This document shows positions 37,411 to 50,084 of a stretch of 64,000 bases of DNA, in pieces (position 1 is the first letter of the stretch; each line of letters starts with the position of its first letter). This DNA comes from Octopus sinensis (lineage: Eukaryota). Under the pieces are notes generated by a model, which saw nothing but the letters and a program-made list of their open reading frames with translations, searched no databases and was not told where the DNA came from. Location of the stretch: contig NC_043001.1 in assembly GCF_006345805.1 (NCBI RefSeq), positions 80,538,001 to 80,602,000 of the forward strand. Reading direction: 5' to 3'. Position numbers and translations under genes: made by a program.

Positions 37411-38849
37411 ATAAAAGAGAACTGCCCTTTTTTTAAACTATGATATCTGGGCTGTGCTTGCTTGCTTGCCATACTTAACTCGATTCTCGAAACTTTAATT
37501 AACCTGCTTTTAGAATTACTAATGAAAATTTTCTTTGTGATATTTGAATGCAAAGGGGGCTTTACGTAAGATTAAGTATTCAATTATATCGTTTATTTTG
37601 AGACGAATGGTTATATCTTTAGCAACAAGGTTTATATAATTATAATGTATCAATACAGTTTTTGTTTGTTTTTTTGCCATCACACATGAATTTTTTTTTT
37701 TACATATAATTCCACAATAACTTTAGGTTCTTACTGAAGAGCGTTTTCAAAGCAGTTTTAGAATATTTTAATTTACTCCTTTTACTAAATTAAAAGGGTT
37801 TGTTTCGAATCGCTCGAGTACTTTATTTTGTGAAGGGCATTTTATTGTTCTGAATCCAAGCTTGTTATCTATAAAAAAGGAAATGGACGCCATACCATCG
37901 TCTTATAAGAAATTCTGATATTTCAAAGAGTCATTCTAAAGTTATTCGGAGGGGGAGGAATATCTTGTGTATAAAAATTCAACGGGTGCTTTTGTAAATT
38001 CAGTTGTTGTTTATAGGTGTGTATAGTGTTCTCTAAGACAAAGAAGCGATATGCAGATGAATTAAGATGCAGGAATGTATACAGGAGGAAAGAAAATAAC
38101 CGTGCACAAAAGTGAATGTATAGTGAGATGGTTTACTGAAGCTGACTTTTCACAAACATTTATTCAAGTTTCTCTGCTGCTCATCTTTAGATGATTGTGA
38201 AAAATAGAAGATAAGAGTTTTGGTTAACGTAGCAAACACTGATTGGTCGAAGGAAAATAACAAAGGCATGCAAATGGCTGAGGAAATATAACGGCTTTTG
38301 CTCCATGAAAAATTTAAATATGAAAGCTTTTGCATGGCAAATATATTTGACAACAGAGTTGTTTCGATGAAAATAGTGTGTACCATGAAAAATAGATATG
38401 AGGTAGAATATATGTTGCAAAAGCAAGTATATTGCAAAAGCAAGTAGAAAATTACAGATAATAAAACAATAGTAAGAAAACATCTCGTAACAGGTTTCTT
38501 TGGTGATAGAAAATTACTTTACAAGAATTTCGCAGAATGCTCACAAAAATTGCCATTTCTCTCTTTTAAGCAAATTCGGCAAGTCAGACTTAAACAAAAT
38601 ACACTAAGTTTGTAAGGATTGAGAAAACTCAAAATGGTCGTTAAAGACACAAAAGAATTTACAAAAAGCTGCGTTTTGTCCCTCTGGGAGGGGTTTTAGT
38701 CGAAAAATCGACTCCACTACTTATTTTTTCAAGCCTAGTACTTATTCTATCCTTCTATTTTGCCTAACCGCTAAGCACACCAAAACTGGTTGTCAAGCAG
38801 TGGGGGGGAACAAAAAATATACACACACACACAAACACACTTACTACCC

Positions 38850-38896
<47 letters not shown>

Positions 38897-39484
38897 TATA
38901 CGACGAAGTTATAATAAATGACACTTGCCCAATGTGCCACGCAGTGGGATTGATCCTGGAATCATGGGGTTGGGAAGCAGGCTTCTTACCATGTTGCCAT
39001 GTCTTAACATTCTTAACTTTTGGGTGCTACTTAAAATGTTGATGAGTATCTGTAATCATATTGAAAACAATAAGAAAGAGTTTATTAAATAAAAAGAAAT
39101 TCAACCACCCTTCCACAACTTTAAAAAGACCTGGTAAGGGATATCGGTTGTATATATTCCATATCATCGCATGAGGCAGTTTTCTCACTTTTATTACAAC
39201 ATCGTTCGTACTGGTGGTTCCGCAGTCAGCACATTTCACATGGAGTGTAAAAACGTTTTTATAAATGTAAAATTAGGTCAAGAAACACTCCATATTTTAA
39301 ATGTTTGTTTGCACATTGCAAGAGACTTTTTCAACGTAATTTTTTATTCAGTTCCCGAGAAATCACTTACATCGTAATTTCTTTTTAATCGAAATACAGT
39401 TGCTATCAGATATTGCAATTATAAGAACTTTATGAGATGTGTATGTAGATGAGAGGCAGATAGACATATGCATATGTATATATG

Positions 39485-39540
<56 letters not shown>

Positions 39541-39543
<3 letters not shown>

Positions 39544-39715
39544 GTTAATCCAAACAAGAAAACACAAAAGCAAAAAAATACAACAACGCGAGGACGTGGA
39601 ACAAATAAAGTATTATTGGACGCTCAGGAAAGAAGGGAAGAAGGAGGATTTAACGTTTCGAGCGGAGCTCTTCGTCGGAAACATAGGAGAAGGAAAGATC
39701 CCGTGAAGGGAAGAC
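39541..39715 (-). mobile_element. (TA)n-embedded Penelope-like tail with hammerhead motif (U4C variant at 39648-39682)
   Basis: Same family as the 13929 and 14462 copies; minus strand gtttCCGACGAagagctccgctcGAAACGTTaaat. Confidence 0.75.
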
Positions 39716-39720
39716 AGATG

Positions 39721-39760
<40 letters not shown>

Positions 39761-40041
39761 CTACATATATATGTATGTCTAAATATACGAATATAAATGT
39801 ATATATATATGTATGTATATACATATATGAATACGTATATATATGTATACGTATGTATATATATATATATAGGTATGTATGTGTATGTATATATATGTAT
39901 ATATATATACATACATACTTATTGGTATATCTATGCATGTTTGACATATGTATGAATGCTTGGTAGAAGTGCACGGGAGAGAGAGAGAAATAAATTAAAT
40001 GTATCATAGATAGATAGATATACATATGTATATATACGTAC

Positions 40042-40109
<68 letters not shown>

Positions 40110-40230
40110 ATATATATACATATATATATATACATATACAAACACACAGATATATACATAGATATATATACACACACATGCATGCATATCTGTAACTGTA
40201 CACACATATATGTATGTATTTATGTGTGTG

Positions 40231-40281
<51 letters not shown>

Positions 40282-40766
40282 GTGTGTGTGTGTGCGTGTG
40301 TGCATTTGTGCATATAGTTTTATTAACAGATACATGCACATTTGTATATATATATAGCTGTTTGTTTTATCCGAATTTTTTAGGATTGGCACTTGTATTA
40401 TTTTGCCTGTCTTTTTTAGTATTTTCTCGAACAATCTTACATTATTTGATACCAATAAGAAAAAGATTGAAAAATGGATTATACTGAGTAACAATCACAA
40501 AACTAATCTTAAATTTACTTTAGCTGAAATTTTTTTTTTTTAATTTCTGACAATCAGGTATATGTATACACACACACACTCGTACAATCATAAGCATATA
40601 CCGAGTCATATAGTCATCATTATTTGCGACATGCTTATGAATGTACGAGTGTGTGTGTGTATACATATATTTATATATATATATATATATTTATATATGC
40701 ACACATACGTATATACTACAACATAGATGTATATATTTATGCATACATACACACACACACACATAT

Positions 40767-40830
<64 letters not shown>

Positions 40831-41196
40831 CATACATCGCTGTTTGTTATATCAGAATTTTAACGACTTTTTATTTACTTATCACCCGACGTGATACGTC
40901 TGCACCACCGGATACGCCTGAACCAGTTTTTGTGTGTCCCACATGAAGATTTGATGCTAGATGTGTCGAAACAATTGTTGTGATTAATAATAGATTCTCG
41001 TAATTACATCTGCTTTTCATTTGTTTTGTGTGTGTGTGTATATATATATATATATGTTGCTTAGCCACATACCGAAAAAATTAGAAATACGAGTCAAAGA
41101 CTGTTGATTTCTATTTTCTACAAATGAGACTCTACATACGACATATCCCTGTAATGCAAAACAGGAAGAAATAACGAAAACAAAGTCTAATGGTCA

Positions 41197-41262
41197 TTTA
41201 CGAACGCGTTTCTAGATTAGGAATATAATAAAATATAAATTCCGTATCTTTCATCAGCGTAA
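41197..41262 (-). ncRNA. Type I hammerhead ribozyme motif, minimal palindromic stem III
   Basis: Minus strand tttacg CTGATGA a-agat..ggaat(loop)attcc..atct-a GAAA CGCG TT cgtaaa; perfect 6-bp stem I; A.A at the base of stem II. Confidence 0.65.
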
Positions 41263-41467
41263 ACCTCCACTAAAATAGATTTATCAAATGCTACGTACCT
41301 TCTTTTCCCGATCAGGCGACATCGAAATAGTGGAAGAAAGCAAGCATAGGCTAAACCTATGTAGACGATTGAATTCGTAAATTTTCCCTCCAAAATTTTA
41401 CTATGCGTATTACAAAAATAGTTCCTTAGAGATAGAAACTATGGGTTGTCGTAAGGGAGTAAAAATT

Positions 41468-41932
41468 CCAATTAGTAACATAATAAGAGTAAATAATATC
41501 TTTAATGGTTAATAAAAAAAACAACAATTATTTACTGGTAGATTTCGGCATGTAAATAAAACCATTAACGATAAGAACTTTTATAAATGTTCAATATATA
41601 TATATTGTATATAAATAAAAGAGGCAGGCAACAGGTTGCTTAGCCACATACCGAAAAAATTAGAAATAGTAGTCAAAGACTGTTTATGTAGAGTCTCATT
41701 TGTAGAAAATAGAAATAGACAGTCTCTGACTGCTATTTCTAATTTTTTCGGTATGTGGCTGAGCAACCTGTTGCCTGCCTCTTTTATTTATATACAATAT
41801 ATATATTGAACTTTTATAGAAGTTCCTACCGTTAATGGTTATATTTACATGCCGAAATCTACCAGTAAATAATTGTTGTTGTTTTTTAAAACCATTAAAG
41901 ATATTATTTACTCTTATTATATTACTAATTGG
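41468..41932. repeat. 465-bp foldback (~215-bp arms, 35-nt loop)
   Basis: 41468-41683 is complementary to 41719-41932; a third partial copy lies at 41056-41137. Confidence 0.95.
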
Positions 41933-41962
41933 TATATATATATGTATATATATATATATATG

Positions 41963-42151
41963 CAATTGCAGCGTGGAAGGTGTTTGTAAGCCATTTAAGA
42001 AACACACAAAAGCCGTTCGATTCACTTCAACATTTAAGTTTAATTTTAGCGACGAAAATATTTTGACAAATTAAACTTAAATGTTGAAGTGAATCGAACG
42101 GCTTTTGTGTGTTTCTTAAATGGCTAACAAACACCTTCCACGCTGCAATTG
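41963..42151. repeat. 189-bp near-perfect hairpin (~84-bp arms)
   Basis: caattgcagcgtggaaggtg...aagtttaattt / aaattaaactt...caccttccacgctgcaattg, one mismatch seen. Confidence 0.95.
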
Positions 42152-43244
42152 TTTTCGTTTCAGCACACGATCTCAGATCAAATCACTTGCTATGCGAGTA
42201 CATCTCCTATATATATATACATATAACAAATGAAAGACATATATGTGCGTATGCATGAATATATACATCTATGTTGTAGTATATACGTGTGTGTGCTTGC
42301 TTGTATGTGTCTGTATATACTTGAATGCACGTATGTGTGCATGTGCACTTATGATAACCATATATACAACCACAGATACTCATATATATGTATGTATATA
42401 TACATGTGTGTGTGTATGTCTATTGATATAACGTAATATATCGATACATGATACATGATATAAAGACTCAATACGAAAATGTAGAGCTTATTTTGCTTAA
42501 ATATATAAACAGTTCGTTGAACCTTGAGGTTACTTGTTATATTCAGCAATCTTCAGCAAGGCAAAATTCGAATAACGGAAGGAAAATATTAAAAAATAAT
42601 TGGAATCCATTCTTGCATTCTGTTTTATTATTACACTTCAATGAATTTTCGTGCAAGATTTCATGAAGTTCATCATGGGTATCGTTAAGAAAAAGAACAG
42701 AAGAGGTGGAGAGGGAGAAGAGAGGGAATATTCATATCTTGTGGTTTGGGGGGGTGGGATTCTCATCAAAAACATCCAACTGGGATATAATAACCTTCTC
42801 TGTTGGACATCGGTTCAAATAACCGCTTTTTCTCACCAGTGTGTTGTTTTCGACCGATTATTTGTAAAACAGATAAGAGGATTTTCAGATAACAAAGTTT
42901 CCTTAAATATAGATACACATTTGTAACCGAAAGTGAAAGAAAAAGCTAACATCATGTCATTGATTTCAAAATCCCTAAATTTTTCTTAGCTCTCTGGAAT
43001 GTTACTAAGTACATCATTTAGAAAGTGATCTGCAATAGATTGTCTTTCGAGCTAAAGTGAGATTCATCTGTTGCTAGTTGTACACATTAAAGTGCAAATA
43101 ATCTCCAATGCCTTAAGCACACATTTCGGTCTTAGACATCGGGTTACCACATGTCGCGATAAGAATGTTTCTGTGTGGGAGTGAGAGATCTGACGTTTCG
43201 GTATCGAATGAACAAAAAGTCTGCTGAGGGTTTATCTTTTATCT

Positions 43245-43437
43245 TTTTCCAATCATTAGACTTCGGCCTTGAAATTTTAGTCAAATGAATCGATCCCTGG
43301 ACTTATTTTTTAAGCCTGAAACATACTCATTCGGTCACTTTTGCCGAGGCGCTAATTTACGGGGATATAAACACACCATCACCTGTTGTCTAGCAGTGAA
43401 CGGGGTGGAGACCGAACAAAACTGACACAAAAGCACA

Positions 43438-43500
<63 letters not shown>

Positions 43501-43650
43501 TATATATATTACACGTCGGGCTTTTTTCAGTTTCCGCTTACCATATCCACTAACAAGGCTTTGTTCGGCCCAAGGTTTTAGCAGAAGACACTTGGCCAAG
43601 GAACCACGCAATGGAACTGAACCTGCAAACATGTGACTGAGAATCAAGTT
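43245..43650 (-). mobile_element. Composite SINE A/B, degenerate
   Basis: Tail module 43245-43430, microsatellite, head module 43512-43650. Confidence 0.75.
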
Positions 43651-43884
43651 TCTAATACAATTAATAGATCTTGTTCCACAAACAATCTTGAATGGTCAGA
43701 TTTTTTCATGACCTCAGTAACATTTGAACGAATCGCGATCGAGGTGCTCAGTTTTGGGTTTTTTCTTTTTTCTTTTTTTGCATCGGATATAGTTAACCGG
43801 GTTCGTTTCCTAAATCTTTTTGAAATTGCTGGATATTCCTGCTACTGGTTAAAAGATTAAATGGAGCTAGCATATATTAATTTC

Positions 43885-44083
43885 ATATTTTGGTACAAGG
43901 CCAGCATTTTCGGGAAAGGGAATAAGTAAATTGCATTGACCCCAGTACTCAACTAGTATTTATTTTCATCGACCCCGAAAGGATGAAAAACAAGTTGGCG
44001 GAATTTGAACTCAGAGTATATAGACAGACAAAATGCCACTAGGCATTTTTCACGGTGTGCTAACGATTCTGCGAGCTCACTGC
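43885..44083 (-). mobile_element. SINE family D
   Basis: atcgaccccgaaaggatgaaa...gtgctaacgattctgcgagctcactgcctt. Confidence 0.85.
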
Positions 44084-44144
44084 CTTAATAATAATAATAA
44101 TTATTATTATTATTATTATTTTATTTTTATTATTATTATTATTA

Positions 44145-44181
<37 letters not shown>

Positions 44182-44183
<2 letters not shown>

Positions 44184-45090
44184 AAACAAATGAAATCCAA
44201 ACTAAAACAGCAACGGATCATGATAAAACGATGGCAAGAAAAGCCCCTTCATAGCAAATACTGGGTTAAACTAAACGCAAAAAAATAGACAAAACAAAAT
44301 CCAAACAATGGCTGAGAAGCACAAGACTCAAAGCAGAGACTGTAGGATTTTGAATTGCAGCTGAAAACCAAAGCTTCCCCACCAGAAATTACCAAAAACA
44401 TATAATGAAAAGAAACATAACAAGTAACTTCAGAATATGAGATAGTCAAGAAACAATAAATCACATTGTCTCTGGCTGCCCAGTCTTGGCTAAAAAGGAA
44501 TATATTCATAGACATGACGGAGTTGGGACCTATGACAACACTATAGAATAACAACACTATATGACAACACTATAGAATAACAACAGAAAAAAGATGGTAT
44601 AGGCACACGGCAGAAAAGGTTACAAAAATGAGAAAGCAACATTACTCTGGTATATGCCAATACACACAGATAGAGAAATTAAAGCCAATAGGCCAGATAT
44701 AATTGTCAGAGATCATGAAGGAAAATAAATGCTTTCTAATTGATGTATTAATACCAACATCCCTCTAAAAGAAATGGCGAAACTTTCAAAATACAAACAC
44801 CTGGAAATAGAGGTAACTCGAATATGGAGTCTAAAAACAGAAACACTTTCTATCATAGTGGGCGCATTATGCATGATAAAAAATATTCAGACAAATACAT
44901 AACAAAAATACCAGGACTAACAGATATCTAAAACATACAGAAACTAGCACTACTAGGCACCGCACACAACATACATAAAACACTTTCAATACAGTAACTA
45001 TAAGAGCATCACAACAAACTAAAGCACATACCCAAGGCACTCAGAGCTGCGCTCGTAGTGCAGTGAGAGCACGTTATAAAACCAAAACTT

Positions 45091-45095
<5 letters not shown>
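44182..45095 (+). mobile_element. 5'-truncated RLE non-LTR retrotransposon (R4/Dong-like), with 3' UTR and (AAT)n tail
   Basis: WQEKPLH...LKAETVGF*IAAENQSFPTRNY...ETINHIVSGCPVLAKKEYIHRHD...ANRPDIIVRD...LID...KLSKYKHLEIE...ALLGTAH. Confidence 0.9.
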
Positions 45096-45152
<57 letters not shown>

Positions 45153-45167
45153 TAATAATAACAATAA

Positions 45168-45222
<55 letters not shown>

Positions 45223-45258
45223 CATTATTATTATTATAATTATTATTATTATTATTAT
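45095..45258. repeat. (AAT)n switching to (ATT)n: self-complementary microsatellite
   Basis: Direct reading. Confidence 0.9.
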
Positions 45259-45261
45259 ATA

Positions 45262-45915
45262 ACAACAACCACAAAAATGAAGAAGTACAAAAGGGGCACG
45301 AGGAAGAATTACGCAAGAAAGGACTACACAATCAGTTCCCTATAACCACAGAAGTTGCTGGAAAAAATAGGTGGGATTGACTGATGAGAGGAACACTAAA
45401 AAAAGAGACCGAAAGCATCATAGTGGAAGCGCAACGAACTGCAGGGTCAACCTTGGGAATGAGCAAGAGTATCCGTTATGCCACATCTGCAATAGAGAAG
45501 ATGAAACCATTGCCCATATCACAAATGAATGTGCTGGACTTGTCCCAAACCACTACAAGTTGTGACGACACGATTAAGTAGCAAAAGTGCTGCAGTGGAA
45601 ACTGCAAAAAGTGAGGGCTAGAGAGAAGCAAGATGTGGTATGAGCGCAAACCATTGAGAGTGGCGGAGACTAGCAAAATCCTCTGGGATTTCCCAATCCA
45701 AACAGATCAGGTGCCCCTTTGACCCACGAATAGTTAAGAAGGAAGGCGAAAAGATAGATTCATACAACACTCTTAAGTACGAAATAGCCCGGCTATGGAA
45801 AATGAAGATGGTGAAAATAGTGCCAATTATCGTTGAATCCTTGGGAAGAATATCAGAAGGCATGAAAGGGAATATAAAGGAAATTGGAAAAGAATAGAAT
45901 ACCCAGTAGAACTTA
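45262..45915 (+). mobile_element. RLE LINE fragment (R4/Dong-like, second subfamily)
   Basis: MRGTLKKETESIIVEAQ; CHICNREDETIAHITNEC (CCHC); KILWDFPIQTD; homologous to 59661-60462. Confidence 0.88.
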
Positions 45916-46249
45916 TCAACGAGTGAGTGTTCTAGCTGTCTGATCAGTAGAACTTTGTACTTATTGAGCTCCGACTCTAAATTCTCTCATCGGATGAAAG
46001 CATAGCGTTACTTCGTTCTAACTTTTCCTCGTAGTGTTTTCTTGCCAGAAATATTGGGTGGTCTGTCATTGCTTTCTCTAACTGGATAGCTGTTGGCCCT
46101 TAAGGTGCACATCCGTCTTTTGACAGATCTTGTTTTTAGTCTTGCTGGGTATCCAGAAACCCTCCTCACAAGAGTAGCAAGCTACTGAATGGAGGACCCA
46201 GTTTCATCGACGACCGTTCGACTATAGAACATGTAGTACTGGTTTACAT

Positions 46250-46610
46250 GATACCCGTACCAGGTCATTTCAGCCTGTGATGAGATCCCAGACCAGGCCA
46301 AAATGCCTGACATAGTTGCTGGTATTCCGATGATATTCTGAGTCACAGAACTGTTCCTATTGGAGATATCGTCAAATACATGACATAAACGACGAAGTCA
46401 GGCATGTGCGACATTTTTTGAGAAGCGGGCCGCATGAGACACCATCAAGCAAGCCGCACTGCTAAAAATATTCAAGGTAAGTTTTCGTTTAGGCGTGCAT
46501 TTCAGAAAATTCCGCGGGCCCCATTTTTCCTATGACTGATCCAAGGGAACTCTGCTAAAGGCATCCAAAATGGAGGCGGTACTGTTAAACCAAACAGTGT
46601 GTTAAGCCTG
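46250..46610 (+). pseudogene. Probable Gypsy/LTR reverse transcriptase remnant
   Basis: YSDDIL motif, then RKFRGPHFS...KASKMEAVL resembling VKFLGHIIS...DPSKIEAV. Confidence 0.45.
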
Positions 46611-46981
46611 CTATCCAAAATATCTTCCACCGAATGAGCTATTATAATGATTCCTATACTTAAATATTACTTATTTTATCTAAGAAAATGAAAGGTTCTT
46701 ATCCTTCGGCTTCTGTTGTTTATAAATCTCAGAATAGAAAGGATCGTGCAAAGAATTATTTTGCTCTTTTCCAATTCAAACAATCCAGAACCTTTACTAT
46801 TATAAAATAATAGAAATATTCTTTAATATATACATGCTAAGGCGGCGAGCTGACTGAATCGTTTGCACGCAGGGTGAAATGCTTAGCGGTGTTTCGTCCC
46901 CTCTCCGTGTTCTGAGTTCAAATTGCGCCGTACCAATTGAACACTGCAATCAACTTACCACGCCTTGTGAAAAAATTTGAA

Positions 46982-47040
<59 letters not shown>

Positions 47041-47165
47041 AGGCAGGCTCATCAGGTATGGAAGTGCCAACTGCCGAACCTGCCCAAGATGCATGCAGGG
47101 GACAAAATCATCTTGTATATATTCGTTTAGTGTCCATACATTAGAGACCTCTGTTCCTGTGTTGA

Positions 47166-47489
47166 GCAGCTGCTGTCTCGTGTAAGACGAATCCAGCTTC
47201 CGCAGAGTGTAGAGCGAAGATTGACGCACCGCCTTCCTTTAGCAGAGAAAGGTGGCAGATCTTCAACTCAGAGGCTGTGACAAAAGAGGCTGCGTTGGAC
47301 TCATCTGAAAGTTTGAAGACAGGCACTTCCTTATTTTGCGAAGCTCTCATCAATTTCTTCAAATATCATTCGCAGAAAAAGGTGAGGTTAGAGATAGAAG
47401 TGCTGCCTTTTCTTGCACTTATCAAAAGGTGGATGGGAGTGGCAATACTGGTGAGAATGAATGCGTCTACTCTGAGTATACTTTTCTAA
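47166..47489. other. Coding-like unique island, orientation unresolved
   Basis: Plus frame open for 108 codons, with acceptor gttgagcAG (47168-47169) and donor AAG|GTGAGG (47382); minus frame has CHLSLLKEGGASI, like LINE RT thumb LYLPRKEGG. Confidence 0.3.
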
Positions 47490-47808
47490 GTAAGAGGAAA
47501 GAAACTGGAAGATGGTATTTCTCATGCCTTGAAAATGACAGACTACTCCGTGATTTCTATGGGGCTTTACCTCAAATTACCCTATCTAATTACCCTAATT
47601 ACCCAGCTATGGGCATTGTATTTATTTATTATTTATTATTCTAATTTCAATTTATAAACCCTTCTGTTATATCCTTTAACGTTGTAGCGTTTCCCCCTTG
47701 ATCGATATTAACCCCATCTATTTTGTGTGTTATATTGATACTGTCCTCCCTGTTTTGAACCCTTGTGGCCAATAAAAGAAGTTATCATTATCATCATCGT
47801 CATTATTA

Positions 47809-47850
<42 letters not shown>

Positions 47851-48099
47851 TATTATTATTATTATTATATTTTAATTTCATACTCCATTGATATATGTTT
47901 TGTTTTACATTTTTAAAAATCAATTTCTCGTTCTTTGTTCAACGCTAATCTCCTTAAGCCCTTTCATATCTTCCTTCCTTCCGGATTAAATAGATTAGTA
48001 TTAAGTATGAATTGAGCGAAGATTAGCTTAAGTGGTATTATTGCTTTAGTTGTTATTAGATGTGGACGTTGTTGAAGCAGTAGTTTTTGTTGTGCTGGT

Positions 48100-48890
48100 G
48101 TTTGGGGGGGGGGGAGCGCAGCAGTTGTGGTGTGGCGTTAGCAGTGTGGTGTTTGTGATAGTACTGCTCTTAGATCTTATGTGGGTGGCACATAGTAGCG
48201 ATGAAGGAAGTAGTGTTTGTTGTTGTTGTTGTTGTTGTAGCGGTGGCGGTGGTGATGGTGGTGGTGGTCGATGTCGTCGTTGTCATCGTCGTCGTCGTCG
48301 TCGGGGTCTTACAAGCTGCAGTTGTACGAGTTGGCAATAAAAACGAAAATGCTGGTGGTGCAGAGTTGAAGGTTTTATTGCAGTCTTGGAAGCGACAGTT
48401 GTGGTATCAGTAATGGTAGAAGCTTGGTGGCGGCGGCGGCGGCGGTGGTGGTGGTGGTGGTGGTGGTGGAGACGGTATGGTGGTGGTTATGATAGTGGTG
48501 TTGGTTGTAGTATTTTTCTTAGATGTTGTGCAAACAGCTGTGTAGCTAGTGGTAGTTGTAGTGGTGGTTTTGATGTTGGCAGCGGTTTTCGTATCAGTAA
48601 TATTACCGGTGTTGATGGTAGTGGGGTCTGTAGTGATGACAGATGCAGTTTTAGTAATTGTAGAGGTGACATTGGTGGAATTGGTGGTGGTTATGCTGCT
48701 GTTCTTAGAAATTGTGTATGTAGCTGTCGTAGTGGTGGTGGTGGTGGTGGTGGTTGTTAATAGCGTTGTTGGTGCCTGCGGTGGTAGTTGTTAATGGTGC
48801 TGTTGGTGTCTGTGGTTGTGGTGTGTGCGGTGACAGCAGTTGTGCAGTTAGTGGTGGCAGTGATAATGGTGGTTGTATTATTAGGAGTTG
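48100..48890. repeat. Degenerate (GTG/GTT/GGC/GTA)n low-complexity tract
   Basis: Direct reading; ORFs here are poly-V/G/W. Confidence 0.9.
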
Positions 48891-48947
48891 TTAGCTAGAA
48901 GTAGTGGTAATCGCATTGTCAGTTGCTTTAGAAATTATGTTAGCAAT

Positions 48948-49163
48948 GGGTTTCCAGTTGCTAGAACCCCTCTATACAGTCCAGATCTCGCCTGCTCCGA
49001 CTATTACCTCTTTGGACCGCTGAAACGTTTTTACAAGGTCAACAATTCGCTACAAACGAAGAAGCGCAGGAAGCGGTGCATAAATGTCTGCGCGACCAGA
49101 CGAAAACCTTCGGACCGCTTGAAGAATTGCATTGAAAACTAAGGAGAAACGCTGTAATTGATC
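48948..49163 (+). pseudogene. Mariner transposase C-terminal fragment
   Basis: PLYSPDLACSDYYLFGPLK...QFATNEEAQEAVHKCLRDQ. Confidence 0.88.
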
Positions 49164-49361
49164 ACCCTCTGCTTTTGTGTTAATAAATTACAGGAACAAG
49201 AGTGCGTAACATTTATGTATGTATGTATGTATGTATGTATGTATGTATGTATGTATGTATGTATGTATGTATGTATGCATGCAAAGGAAAATTAGAATTA
49301 GATAAAACCAAGAGAATGCCTTATATATATACATACATATATATATATACATATACGTATA

Positions 49362-49510
49362 CGGGGAGTAACTGGAAAAGTACCTGGCTTTAAGGTATCG
49401 CGAAAGCCCTGGTAAGAGGCCCAACCTTCCGAGTTCTTTTATAGGCTTAGAAAAACTGGAGGACAGCTGCAATAACTGTGTGAATCTGATTGGGGAAAAT
49501 GTTGAATAAA
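49362..49510 (+). mobile_element. Deleted mariner remnant (left TIR-like end joined to transposase C-terminus)
   Basis: TA|cggggagtaactggaaaagtacctggc; FIGLEKLEDSCNNCVNLIGENVE* resembles GI.KLE.RW.KCV.L.G.YVE*. Confidence 0.65.
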
Positions 49511-49519
49511 ATGATAATT

Positions 49520-49750
49520 AAGTGATCCTTCCGCATTTTGGAAGAGCAACCAGCTGTAAAAATCTTTCCAAAACTAACCTCGCCTATGTTAATGCCACTC
49601 TGCTGAGTGGTCGAAGTTAGGAAGTGCATCCAGCCGTAAAAACCCTTCCAAAACAAACACAGTAGCCTAGGGTAGTTTTCTACCTGGCTGGCTCCTGTCA
49701 ACCGTCCTACGTATGAATGCATGGAAGACGGACGTTAAACGATGATGATT
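49520..49750 (+). mobile_element. SINE 3' fragment with (GAT)n tail
   Basis: aggaagtgcatccagccgtaaaaac...gcatggaagacggacgttaaacgatgatgat. Confidence 0.65.
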
Positions 49751-50084
49751 ATATAAATATATATATATATATAATCATATATAGCCTGGCAATTTAAACA
49801 TTAGAGTAGTAACGATAAAGGTAGAGTGTCATTAAGCAAATCTTTGTAATTTGTTAGGGAATCATGTTCTGAATAACACTCGAGTCGAATAGTATTTCTT
49901 CGTTTGCAGCCTGGAATGTTCTCTTCAGAGCAACTGCCCGAAGTGCATTAAAACTCTTCACCTGTGGGTTGTACTTAGATGTTGCAGTGATCAGTAACTT
50001 TTGAATGCTGAATTGCAATTTAGTGTAGCGAGGAAATCTAGAGATTTTGCTGTTTTGACAGCAGAGTGAAGTTTGAAAATGGCT

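Noticed and set aside
39027-39239. GATA/ArfGAP-type zinc finger (KCADCGTTST)
   Set aside because: Only the first CxxC is present; no WR motif or second CxxC follows in any frame
43180-43230. Hammerhead at minus-strand GAAACGTCAG
   Set aside because: No recognisable CUGANGA upstream (CTCAGCA), so only half a motif
43633-43860. GPCR TM3-like SDFFMTSVTFERIAI
   Set aside because: No neighbouring helices or conserved Cys/Pro, and no convincing splice sites
48050-48890. Mucin-like Thr-rich or Gly/Val-rich ORFs
   Set aside because: Low-complexity triplet repeats with frequent frame breaks
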